This document shows, one piece after another, positions 51,538 to 63,860 of a stretch of 64,000 nucleotides of DNA. The stretch's first letter is position 1; each line of letters starts with the position of its first letter. The stretch is from NCBI RefSeq assembly GCF_006345805.1, contig NC_042999.1, positions 114,886,001 through 114,950,000 on the forward strand, given 5' to 3'. The DNA is from Octopus sinensis. Its lineage: Eukaryota. Under the pieces are notes generated by a model. It was not told the origin of the DNA. It made no database searches and worked only from the letters and a program-made list of their open reading frames with translations. A program made the position numbers and the translations under genes.

Positions 51538-51948
51538 TTTATTCTTTTATTTGTCTCAGTCATTTGACTGCGGACATACTGGAGAACCGCCTTGAAATAT
51601 TTTAGTCGAACAAATCGACCCCAGGTCTTATTTCTTTTAATCCTAGTACTTATTCTATCGTTCTCTTTTGCCGAACCACTAATGTTACGGGGACGTAAAC
51701 ACATCAACACCAGTTGTCAAGCGGTGATGGTGGGGGACAAACAGATACAAACACACACACAGGTATGTACAAATATACATACATATACGACAAGCTTCTT
51801 TTAGTTTCCGTCGCCCAAAGCCACTCACAATGCTTTGGTCGGCCCAAGACTATAGTAGTAGACACTTGCCCAAGGTGCCACGCAGTGGGACTGAACCCCG
51901 AGCCATGTGGTTGGGAAGCAAGCTTCTTACCACACAGCTATGCCTGAG
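51538..51948 (-). mobile_element. SINE family 1, full length
   Basis: Reverse complement of the complete element. Confidence 0.88.
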
Positions 51949-52125
51949 CCTCTGAGCCCCTGTGTGAGTGTGTGTGTGTATGTGTGTGTGTGTGTGTGTG
52001 TGTTTGTGTGTGTGTGTGCGTGCGTGCGTGTATGCGTGCGTGCATGTGTGTGTGTATGTGTGGGTGTGGATGGATGGATGGACGGATAGATGGATGGCGT
52101 GATGAATATCGTGATTGCTCCATCT

Positions 52126-53225
52126 TCACAGAGGATTATTGTCTCTCTTTGCTTCCCCGTTGTCAATAGTCTTTCTGACTTTCCAGCCGTGACCTTTCAA
52201 ATGACTACTTAGTCCTACTGCGCATTGACGTTGTTTGGAGCATAGGTGACAGGCGAAAGTTGTAACTTTCACTGGATAGATCGGGTTACTTTGTGGACCG
52301 TGATATTTGTGTACTACCATATGTCTTTTCAGACCTAATATCGACTTGCATACTTTTTCAGATATACATATTGAATCACCAAACGTATGAGGGAGAACGT
52401 TGCATACATTAGGTCTTTCATGGGAATTCAAGTGATTGAGGTACTTAGCCTTAGAAAGAGGTGCACGGCTATATGTTTCACACCTCCAGCGCTTTATTTC
52501 CTCATCGAGGTTCTGATGACAGCCTTCCAAAGCTGACACCTTTTGCGTTCAAGGTGACCCGCTTCAGCAGTTACACAACCTTCTTTTATATGTTTCTTCC
52601 AGTCAACTTCCCAAAGTAAGATCGATCATCAGCTCAATCAGGTTGTCTATTATGCAGTCTTTGTATCTTATTATTGGTCTGTGCTGCAAACGCTTTCCAG
52701 TCGGTGGGGTGCGCACCGTAGAACAGCTGCTTTGGAATTCTTTTATCTTCCATACCTACAAAATGCCTGTCTAACACAACAGAGTAGATATGATGGGCGA
52801 TTCGATGATTGTGCATCCTGCTTATGCAAGCGCTTTTTCTATTCAACTTACTTGCGCCTGCCTTCCACCAATTCATGTAAACCAGTCTCTTTGAGAGTCG
52901 CGTGTCAGGCATTCGAACAAGGTAGCATGCCCACCTGACTTACACTCTCATCAGCAGTGTGTAAATCGTTGGCAGATAGAGGACCTCCGTATCTTGGACA
53001 TTGGAGTTCATGTGGAAACGGTTTAGCTTTTGGCGTTCGCAAATCGCCTAAGTCTCGCAGGTGTACAGTAGCGTAAGCAGAACAACACGTCGTACACCTT
53101 CAAATTGGTGACTAGCTTAAGGCTTCTTCTCTCACAAATTGATTCACGTAGCCACCCGAATTCTGAACTTCCATTGGCGATACATGTGTCGACTTCATCG
53201 TCAATGTTCACAGATTTAGAGAGAG
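52126..53225 (-). mobile_element. RTE-clade LINE 3' remnant(s), apparently chimeric, with three C2H2-type fingers
   Basis: NIDDEVDTCIA, VRMPDTRLSKRLVY, GMEDKRIPKQLFYG, CHLCSKQRQCAVGLSSHLKGH. Confidence 0.8.
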
Positions 53226-53377
53226 TGTGCTGAGGTACGTGAACTTATTCAACAACCTGCAAGGTTTCCACTATCACGACAGTGATAGTTTGTTATACAT
53301 ACATACACACACACAACACACACACACACACACACACACCAACATACATTATATATTATATATATATATATATATAT

Positions 53378-53424
<47 letters not shown>

Positions 53425-53429
<5 letters not shown>

Positions 53430-53582
53430 GAATAAGCACGTGAATGTGAAACAAGGTGGGGAAAAAATAGTACTCGAATATCGGAGGTAGAGTGATATGC
53501 TTTATTATTAAAACTACCACAATACCACAAAAAATCACAAAAAACTGCTACTCAGAGTTTCAAGTTCCTGTTCGTCGGGTAG
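53425..53582 (-). repeat. Short pLTR-like repeat related to 11275-11345, with degenerate hammerhead core
   Basis: Minus strand ccgacgaacaggaacttgaaactctgagta; similar to ccgatgaacggcaacggaaaactcagagta at about 11315-11345. Confidence 0.5.
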
Positions 53583-53594
53583 TTGAAACATATA

Positions 53595-54010
53595 TAAAAG
53601 TTCAGGATTCGGGTGAATCAGGTACCTGAATAGAAAAGCACCAAGTTCAGGTCAAAGAAATAGCAATCTTGTACAAAACAAAATTAGAGGAACATATACG
53701 TACATACGACGTACAGATAGATTAATATTCCAGTTGCGTGCACGATCACAAGCGCCCGACTGAATGTACCACGAGTCTCAAGGAACACACACTGCACCAG
53801 GTGTACTGTACTTAGTAGACTCCAGATATACGCTAATAGCAAATTCCGAGTATGGTGAATAATAAACAAATAACAACAGATAATACTGGTTCGCTCACTA
53901 CAGCTGTTTCAAACGACTTTTTTTTTATTGATAAATAGAGTTATTGCATTGTGAAAACATCCGTTTTCATCAGGTGAATAATATTCAAGAATTAAACATT
54001 AAAAAAATGT
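53595..54010 (-). mobile_element. About 420-bp non-coding hammerhead-bearing element (Penelope solo pLTR / retrozyme-like)
   Basis: Aligns end to end with 61460-61860; carries the ribozyme at 53894-53978; no ORF of note. Confidence 0.65.
53894..53978 (-). ncRNA. Canonical minimal Type I hammerhead ribozyme
   Basis: ttcac CTGATGA aaacg (46 nt) cgttt GAAAC agct GTA gtgag. Confidence 0.8.
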
Positions 54011-54336
54011 TTATATTTTTTAACTCGCTCATTATTTCTTAATGATTTTTGACTGGAACTTTGACGTCCAGTTATTTAAAGATTGAAAATAAAATAAACA
54101 ACCTTATCTTTTGAAGTTAGAGCAGAATATCAAATTCATCTCCTATTCTATATTCTACAGAACTGCTCCACGCCTCCCTTCCCGTTCCTGTCACCTTAAT
54201 GATTTTCTTGTATAAATTACTAACTAGGGTAAGTGAATCATTCTTTGGCTGAAGAAGGTAAGGAAATCATGAAGTGACACATAATGTTGATTCTTGGAGT
54301 GTTTTTTTTTTCTTTTTAATGTTTAATTCATGTATA

Positions 54337-54414
54337 TTCACCTGACGAAAACGTTTTATTTTTTCGCATGATGTAATAATTCTATTCATCAATAAAAAAA
54401 AACTCATTTGAAAC
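54337..54414 (+). ncRNA. Truncated hammerhead of the same family, inverted relative to 53894-53978
   Basis: ttcac CTGACGA aaacg...cattt GAAAC, then loses agctgta. Confidence 0.6.
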
Positions 54415-54465
54415 AATAGATATCTGATGCAGTTTGTATGTATGTGTATGTATGTATGTATGTAA

Positions 54466-54596
<131 letters not shown>

Positions 54597-56396
54597 TGAA
54601 TTTATACATATACAATGAACAAACGAAGACAATGCTTCAAAATTTCTCAGCATGGAAATAAATAAATAATGACAACATCGAGTAAATTCAACAAGACTTT
54701 TTAAGTATAGTTTCATCATGTTTCATCCTTCAATACCTCGAGAAAAAACGTACGCACACGCACAAACACGTACACACACATGCATATATGTGTATTGGCT
54801 GCTTTGCTATTATTCCCCTGGATCTTTCCTATAATTTGAACACTCATACATATACACGTATATATATTATATATATGTATGCATGTATACATGTATAGAA
54901 TTTTATATATATATATATGTGTGTATGTATGTATGTATGTATGTATGTATGTATGTATGTATGTATGTATGTATGTATGTATTTATGTATGAATGTATGT
55001 ATGTATGTATGTATGTATGTATGTATGTATGTATGCACGTATGTATATGTATACATTCATTTGAATCTGATAATCTTTTCCATCGCGAATCCATTGAAAG
55101 AATCAATGTATTGTACTAGACTCATTATGTTCGCCAACAAGGCAGTAAAGAAGCAAGTTCTTGACACTCTCTAGTCCCAACCCGATTAATACAAGACCTA
55201 TTTTAATCTTGCCCAATAAACGTCAGTACACACAGCACACAAACTTACATACATATATACATACATACACGCCATAAATATATATATATATATATATATA
55301 GATATATAATATATATATATATATATATATACATACATTCATACATACATGCATACATACATACATACAAACATATATGTATGTATATATATATATATGT
55401 TCATTTTTATTTCACAGTTGCTAAAAACTACAATATATTTTTCTACAATCATCTACTTTCATATTTAAAAAATTTTGTTATTATTCTTGTTACTGTTTCA
55501 ATTATTGTGTGCCTTTCTTTTTCTTCCTTCTTTTCTTTCTTCCGATAGATTTCCGTTTGGTTTAGATAATCCATTTGGTTCAATTATGAAGTGACATTTT
55601 CAAAAGAACAAGGTCATTTTTCAAAAAAGTAACGTTAAGGACTAAAGGCTTAGAAAATGACAAATGTCTGGATGTCGGCTGCTCAGTGAAAATAAATACA
55701 TTTTTTAAAAAAACTGTCAATGGTGAATTAATATTAAAATTAAGCAACACAGGAATGTCGTCTGCGACTATGAGTGTTTCTGTAGCTGCTGCTGCTGTTG
55801 CCAATATAGTATTCCGTCTTAGTGTTATTGTGGTGTTAAATATGATTGTTTTTACTGTTTGTTTGGTTGGTTAGGTCCTGGTTTGTCTTTTACTTTTGAA
55901 GCAACCATAAATTATATCAACAAAGAAATATAAAAAGAATTACAAAATGGGAAAATAGATAGTGGCATAGGTAGATAGAGGGGATATACGTTGAAACGGA
56001 AACGACACAGGAGGTAAAAAAAAGACCCATACATGTACAGATATATATGTAGATAGATATATGAGCAAATCTGTTTACATGCGTGTATGTGTGCGTGTAT
56101 GTGTGTATGAATATGTGTCTATATGTGCATATATATATACACACATACATATACAGATGGGGAGTCTGTGTATTTCGACAAAAATATACTGTGATACATT
56201 ACAGTATGATTAGGAGACACATATATACACATAAATACAGTCAAATGTATAGATATGACTAAGCTGTCACTAAAAATATACTTATGAATTCATGTTAATA
56301 TACGTAGATTAACTATTTCTATTATAACAGTAACTCTCAAACTTTCACTTCTCCCCTAACTCTCTCTCTCTCTTTCTCATTTATTTACGTGATGTA

Positions 56397-56437
<41 letters not shown>

Positions 56438-57149
56438 GCAAAAAGACATATACATATACTAGACACGTCTATATAATGGCATATATGCCAATATATATAT
56501 ATATATATATTATATCATATATATATATATACACACAGATTAGTATAAATATATACATACACACATAAAAATATATACCTATACCTATATGTATGTATGT
56601 TTGTACGTGTGTGTGTATGTAAAGTATGTATGTCTGTATGTATGCGTGCGTGAGTCTGTACACGTAGATTAGATGATTAATTTTTTAAAACTTTTTATGT
56701 AAACTCTGATGCATATACATTATATATATCTGCATTTTAAAAGAACTTTACTTTGATTAATTCCAGAGCACGGCAATGATATACTAACCAAGATACATGA
56801 CTATAATTTATAGATATTAATATATACAATATATACATATATGTATGTATATATATGTATATATATATATGTGTATATACATATATATATGTTATATACA
56901 TACATATATATATGTATATATATATATATATGCACATATACGCATGTACGCACATACACATACACATATACATGCGCATACAGACAGCGCTGTTCGCATT
57001 CGTATATGTATATATGCGCATATATCTGAATATGTACGTGTACTTGGGTGTCTTTATGTATATAGTGTTTGTGTGTTAAAAAATTGATCAATCATATCTA
57101 ATATATCTAAGATCGAGCAGTATATATATATATATATAAAAAAAAAAAA

Positions 57150-57181
<32 letters not shown>

Positions 57182-57394
57182 TATACATACATACATACAT
57201 TCATTCTTACTGAACGATATTATATATGATTTATCAATATTTTATACACATACAGACACAGATACAGATATACATACACACACACACATGTATGCATGTA
57301 TAAGTACGCATATACATATATATATATGTGTGTATATATATATATACACACACAGACACACGCACACGCACACCCACACACATACACACATATA

Positions 57395-58100
57395 TACGTT
57401 AGGTGCATTCCAGAAGTTTTGAGGGGTTTTTTTTTTTTTCAGGAAAGACAGTTATCAATTTCAAAGTACAAAACTCCAATGTCCTTCAGAACAGGATCCT
57501 CTAACCTCAATTCACTTTTTGTAGTGCTGCAGCCACTTCGTAAAGGCCCTATGGAAGTTCTCTAAAGGTAAAGGTGCCCATTGACTCGCGTCACAACCTT
57601 CTTCTTTAACTTCTTTTACTTGGGGGTCAAACAAAATTGAAAGGATGCAAGGTCTGGACTATTGATAGTTTTAATGGTTACCAGGATGGATGGAACTTGA
57701 CTGGTGCATTGTCCCGGTGCGAGTATTCTGGCCTTTAATGACGAAATTTCTAGTACTCTTTGTTGAACGTCTTGCCAGAGAGAACCCAGTGGCTGTAGAT
57801 GAAACTCTTACTGTAGGTAAAAGGGCATGAGCATAAGATTCCTGGTGGGCATACTATGCCTGGCTTCTTGTGCCAGCAAATATCAGTTAATCCATAAGCA
57901 ATTTGGAGCATATCATAAGTTTCCGTAGCGTTTTTGCTCAGTTCAATATAAAAACTTTATTGCATTGCGAGTTTCCAAAATGTCTTCACGTTCCGATGGC
58001 ATTCAGCAAACTGGTCAACTGTGACAAGCAATGTTTAGTAAGATATGTTCAAAGTGCTGTTACAGCCGTCTCTATCAATCCGGGATAGCTAAAATCAGAA
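57395..58100 (-). mobile_element. Internally deleted mariner remnant
   Basis: Frameshifted match to RNAIKF...KNATETYDML N-terminus; mariner-like 3' segment. Confidence 0.55.
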
Positions 58101-58140
58101 GGTCAGCTTATTATATGAATAGTAATGATATACTAAAAAG

Positions 58141-58420
58141 CAAATGGCTCAGTGGTTTGCGCGTCGGGTTCACAATCATCAAGTAGTGGGTTCAGTTCCC
58201 GGACTGGACTATGTGCTGCGTTCTTGAGCAAGACACTTTATTTCAGGTTGCTCCGGTTCACTCAGCTGTAGAAATGAGTTGCGATGTCACTGGTGCCAAA
58301 CTGTATCTGTCTTTGCCTTTCCCTTGGATGACGTCGGTGTTATGGAGAGGGAAGGCTTGCCTCAGAGAGTAACTTTCTAGGTGCAATCTCATGGTCATTC
58401 ATGACCTCACGAGACCTTTA
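58141..58420 (+). mobile_element. tRNA-derived SINE, family 3
   Basis: ggctcagtggtt A-box-like, gggttcagttccc B-box-like, gttcttgagcaagacactt and cactcagctgtagaaatg core. Confidence 0.7.
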
Positions 58421-58579
58421 CCATTTTACTTCACTAAAATTACAATAACCTAGGAACAGCTATAACTACCTATCCTAAAAAGTCTCAAATTTTCTGGAAT
58501 GCACCTCATATATGTATACACACACACACACACGACACACACACGCATACATACATACATACATACATACAATACATAC

Positions 58580-58646
<67 letters not shown>

Positions 58647-58691
58647 ATATACACTCACACGCATATATATATACAGAGGGAGATATATAGA

Positions 58692-58731
<40 letters not shown>

Positions 58732-58983
58732 TACATATATATAAATATATTAAATATATATATAAGTTAATTAGAGGATATATACCTCGCAAAAGGATGA
58801 TTATATCCAAGAAACACTAGTTCTATAACTTATGTTTGGGAAATAAAATTTCCCTAAATCAATTGGTATATATTAAATACATAATCCATATTAAATTAAA
58901 ATAAGAAAATGGAGAGTTAGTGGTTAATATTTATTTATAAATTGATAACTATTTCTTCCTACAGCTGTTTCCATTTCTTCCAT

Positions 58984-59074
58984 TTCTTCCTACAGCTGTT
59001 TCATTGAATAAATTACAAATTTATGCTTTAAATTTGCATTTATAAGTTATGAGCAAAATATCATCAGGGAAGAA
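58984..59074 (-). ncRNA. Minimal Type I hammerhead ribozyme candidate, second family
   Basis: ttcttcc CTGATGA t att...aat GAAAC agct GTA ggaagaa; 7-bp stem I, weak stem II. Confidence 0.6.
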
Positions 59075-59120
59075 TTAGACATTAAAAAATTATATGTTGA
59101 CCTCTCTGTTCATTCCAGCA

Positions 59121-59390
59121 GATACATGTGATAAAACTGAGACCAGACAACAGCAACAACAACAGCAACAACACCAACAACATTAATAACAACAACACCA
59201 ACAACATATAGAGAAACTAATTCTTCAATGTCTATAATACAAATTTTTGTAGTTAGGCAACAAACACAACTATTTTATAATATGTGTGAATGTATATATA
59301 TTGTTTGTTGCCTAACTACAAAAAAAATTGTGATATAGACATTGAAGAATACGTTTATTTCGAAATATTAGTTTCTCTATATGTTGTTGT

Positions 59391-59421
<31 letters not shown>

Positions 59422-59437
59422 ATTGTTGTTGTTGCCG

Positions 59438-59478
<41 letters not shown>

Positions 59479-59560
59479 GCTGCTGCTGCTGCTGCTGTTG
59501 TTGTTGCTGTTGCTGCTGCTGCTGCTACTGCTGCCCGGTCTCAGTTTTAACACATGTATC
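59121..59560. repeat. Foldback element with trinucleotide microsatellites inside both arms
   Basis: gatacatgtgataaaactgagacc / ggtctcagttttaacacatgtatc; (CAA)n versus (GTT)n; inner arms of about 65 bp. Confidence 0.85.
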
Positions 59561-59898
59561 AGACCAATGGTGAAAGGTCTTCCATTTTATCTACCTGTCT
59601 TTTTCTATGTCTAATATTTCTTTGCCTAATATTTTCTTTCTTACTCAAAATGGCATGGTGTAATTCCATGCAGAATTAGCTGCTATTTTTAACAAGTTGA
59701 ACGACGTTGTAAAGGCTTTCTGGTTGATTCATAATCAGTACACTGCTTTTTGTTGTTTTTACATTCACAAGTCAACTCTTATCGAGCAAACCTATAATCA
59801 AAGGCATCCCAGAAATGCCCATCCCGTCTTTTTCTTCAGTACAGACACCATATGCATCATCCTATGTGTCTTTTTAAAAGATAGTATGCTAAGACTAC

Positions 59899-59935
<37 letters not shown>

Positions 59936-59936
<1 letters not shown>

Positions 59937-60128
59937 CGACGGGCTTCTTTCAGTTTCCGTCTGCCAAATCTACTCACAAGGCTTTCGTCTCCCCGAGGCT
60001 ATGGTAGAAGACACTTTCCTAGGTGCCACGCAGTGGGGCTGAACCCGGAACATGTGGTTGGGAAGCAAGCTTTTTACCACACAGCCACTCTTGCACCTAG
60101 CTTCTTAGCTCACAGCCACTCCTGCGCC
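59936..60128 (-). mobile_element. SINE family 1, 5' part with duplicated head segment
   Basis: cacagccactc(t/c)tgc(a/g)cc twice. Confidence 0.8.
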
Positions 60129-60170
<42 letters not shown>

Positions 60171-60208
60171 TAATATATTATAGTAAATATGCGCGCGCAT
60201 AAAGTATT

Positions 60209-60441
60209 AATTTCTTTATTGCCCACAGGGGGCTAAACATAGAGGGGACAAACAAGGACAGACAAAGGCTTTAAGTTGATTACATCAACCCCAGTGCCTA
60301 ACTGGTACTTATTTAATTGACCCCGAAAGGATGAAAAGCAAAGTCGACCTCGGCGGAATTTGAACTTGGAATGTAACATCAGACGAAATACCACTAAGCA
60401 TTTCGCCTGGCGTGCTTATGATTCTGCCAGCTCGCCGCCCT
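60209..60441 (-). mobile_element. SINE family 2 monomer (tailA) with 16-bp TSD
   Basis: gcgcgcataaagtatt at 60193-60208 and 60442-60457. Confidence 0.9.
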
Positions 60442-60599
60442 GCGCGCATAAAGTATTGTCAGAATACAAGCCACTTTTGGCGACTCATTTGAAACTTCGA
60501 CGAAAGTTTGTATCGCAGCTAATCCATTTGTACATTCCTTCTCCGATCATTTGCTTTCGTATGATCAAACTTCCCTTACATACGTGTTAAGTGTCGTTA

Positions 60600-61330
60600 T
60601 TTCAATTGGAAGCCTTCGGTCAAGAGACGAAGTCACACTGAAATCGCATCATCTCGGTTTGTAGAGAGCCCAATAGTCCATTTGTTGACGATGATAATGC
60701 TATACTAGTCGCTGGGTATGATACCTTTCTGTACAACTTTATTAACTCTTCAGATGACTAGGCCGTATCCCACTTCATCGGATTCACATTAAGAAGGCTC
60801 TTTATTTTTCATTCATTCTCCACATTTAATAACCTTTTATGATAACATTTCCACGCCTCTTTCTTTTCAGAGTCACAAAGCGCAAGTGTACCATTATCCA
60901 TTCGTACACACTTCTCTTCTACAACATCTCAATTTTCTCCAATATGCTGTCTTGCAGTCTGGAACACTTCATACCTTTGGTATTCATGCCGTAGAACATT
61001 GGTAAGCTTCTTCCTTTCTGCTCCTCCCCTGCTAAATAGACCTGTCACCTAGTTTCAATCCTAGATACCTGATATATTTCTCTGCTATCTTCGTTCTTCC
61101 AATAATTCCGAGCCTACCTATTTGCTGTCACGGTTTTGTCTGATTCCCTATCGTGTCACCCTTGGTTTAAAGGGGACATTGCACCAACCACATGTTTTTA
61201 TCTTCTCCTCCTCGTCAAATACTTCTGTTGCAATGTCGTTAAATTTCTCACTGTTTGATAGATTATTAACTTCCATTTCTTCCTTTTCCAAATTGGATTC
61301 TGTGCCTCTGAGTTTTAACTCTAAGTCTAT
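60600..61330 (-). mobile_element. RTE-clade LINE linker-region remnant
   Basis: [38 protein letters not shown]...RLLNVENE. Confidence 0.65.
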
Positions 61331-61337
61331 GTGGATG

Positions 61338-61390
<53 letters not shown>

Positions 61391-61411
61391 ATATATACAT
61401 ATCCACATAGA

Positions 61412-61459
<48 letters not shown>

Positions 61460-61464
<5 letters not shown>

Positions 61465-61860
61465 ATTCAAGTGAATCAGGTCCTTAATAGTAAAGCACCA
61501 AGATCGTGTCAGCGAAATTGCTATCGTGTACAAACAATATCTGTAAACAAATACGTAGTCACTAAAGTAAACATGGATTTATACTCCGATTGAATATTCA
61601 ACGGAATATTCAACGAGTCTCAAGGCTGCACATGGATACAAACACAGCACCAATTGTACTGCACTCAACAGACTTCAGATTCAAGCGAAATACAGGTTCC
61701 GAGTAAGATGAATTATAAACAAATAGCAACACATGGATTGTGGTTCACTACAGCTATTTCAGACGTGATTTTTATTGATTGATATAAGTATTACATCATG
61801 CGAAAAAAAACCGTTTTCATCAGGTGAATACATGTAAGAATTAAACATTTTGAACATCTC
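61460..61860 (-). mobile_element. Second copy of the hammerhead-bearing element
   Basis: Collinear with 53595-54010. Confidence 0.65.
61744..61828 (-). ncRNA. Minimal Type I hammerhead ribozyme, intact core
   Basis: ttcac CTGATGA aaacg...cgtct GAAAT agct GTA gtgaa. Confidence 0.7.
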
Positions 61861-61939
61861 AATAACAAGTAAAACGTGCTATTTATGACTCTACCAACAA
61901 AATTTCGGCCAGAATATATATGTATGTGTGTGTGTGTGT

Positions 61940-61977
<38 letters not shown>

Positions 61978-62284
61978 TGAGTGAGTGAGTGAGAGAAAGA
62001 GAGAGAATACATCTCTACGTGCACCTGTTATAAAGTGTGTGCGTGTGTGTTTACTGAAGTTCTTTCGGGCGCAGTCAATGATCTCGCAATTCATCTCACT
62101 TTCAGATATTTCATTTTATTTAGACAGTTAAAGCAATCGGTAGATGCTTGATTATGAAAATTTCCCTTTATACATTATCATCCACTACCAATTGGACCGG
62201 CCGTTTATTACTATGTCTCGCTGACTGTTATCATATAACACTATATCCACCAATAGCTACATACTGCTCACAAACGTTTATATG

Positions 62285-62732
62285 TATGGCTGGGTAGAAA
62301 GCTTGCTTTCCAACCACATGGTTCCGGGTTCAGTCTCACTAAATGGCACCTCGGGCAAGTGTCTTCTACAATAGCCTCAGGCCGACTAAAACCTTGTGAG
62401 TGGATTTGGTAGACGGAAACTGAAAGAAGCCCGCCATGTGTGTGTATGTGTGTATGTGTGTATGTGTTGTGTGTGTGTGAGTGTGTGTGTGTGTGCGTGG
62501 GTGTGTGTTTGACTTCATGTCTGTGTCTGTCCTCCAACCACCGTTTGATAACCGGCGTTGTTACATTTACACCCCGTAATTTAGCGGTTCGGCAAAAGAG
62601 AAGATAGAATAAGTACCAGGCTTTAAAAAAATATCAAGTACAGGGCACGAGTCTTGCGACTAAAAAGTTCTTCGAGGTTGTGCTCCAGCATGGCCACCGT
62701 CTGATGGCTGAAACATGTAAAACGTAAAAGAA
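62285..62732 (+). mobile_element. SINE family 1 (diverged, full span)
   Basis: Head, core and gtgctccagcatggcc tail. Confidence 0.85.
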
Positions 62733-62756
62733 ACATGTATGTATATGTATTCACAC

Positions 62757-62854
<98 letters not shown>

Positions 62855-62879
62855 TATGTGTGCGTGCGTGAGTGTGAGT

Positions 62880-63222
62880 GCGAGTGCGTGAGTAGGGGTG
62901 AACGTGACTAAAGCAAGGAATATGTTTCATTGTGTATGGCAGCTTGAATAGTATGTGTTTATTTTGTGTATGTTATTATACACTCCTGATAGATGTCATT
63001 TCTCGTGGGATATAATGCAATATTTGCTAAGAGGCCTTTCTACATTTGCCTGCTTACTCGCTAATATGTTTATCACTCCGTCTATATACGTAAAATATGT
63101 GTGTGTATGTGCGTGCGTGTATGAGTATGTGTGTGTGCGTGTGCTTGTGTTTGTGTGTGTATGTGTGTGTGCATTATATATATATATATATGATACATAT
63201 GTATTTGATATATATATATATG

Positions 63223-63255
<33 letters not shown>

Positions 63256-63294
63256 GTGGTGTGTGGTGTGTGTCTGTATATATATGTATATATA

Positions 63295-63333
<39 letters not shown>

Positions 63334-63860
63334 TATATATATGTATATATATAAATGTATGTATATAAATGTATGTATATATACACATATATATGAGTAC
63401 ATATATGTGTGTGTATACATATATATACATATGTATGTACATACATATATAGATATAGATATATATATATAAAACACACACACACACACATATATATAAT
63501 ACATACACACATATAAATGTATGTATGTACGTACGTATGTATGTATGCATGTATGTATGTGTGTATGTGTGTATGTATGTATGTATGTATGTATGTATGT
63601 ATGTATGTATGTATGTATGTATACAGCCACCGCTCACACACTCATCCTCACAGAAACGCGTGTGTTTATGTGTGTTAATGTGTCCGTGCGTTAATCTGTC
63701 TCCTTACCTACCTCCCTACGTACGAACCTACCTACCTACCTAGCCACCTACCTACCTATCTATCTATCTATCTACCTATCTATTATCAGTCTATCTATAT
63801 TTGTCTGTACTTATCTATCGATTTACCTATCTACCTATCTATATGTCTGTCTGAATGTCA
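62880..63860. repeat. Compound microsatellite zone: (TG)n, (TA)n, (TATG)n, (CCTA)n, (TCTA)n
   Basis: Direct reading. Confidence 0.9.

Noticed and set aside
52513-52540. ctgatga-cagc...gctg hammerhead-like start
   Set aside because: No GAAA after the stem; lies inside antisense RTE coding sequence
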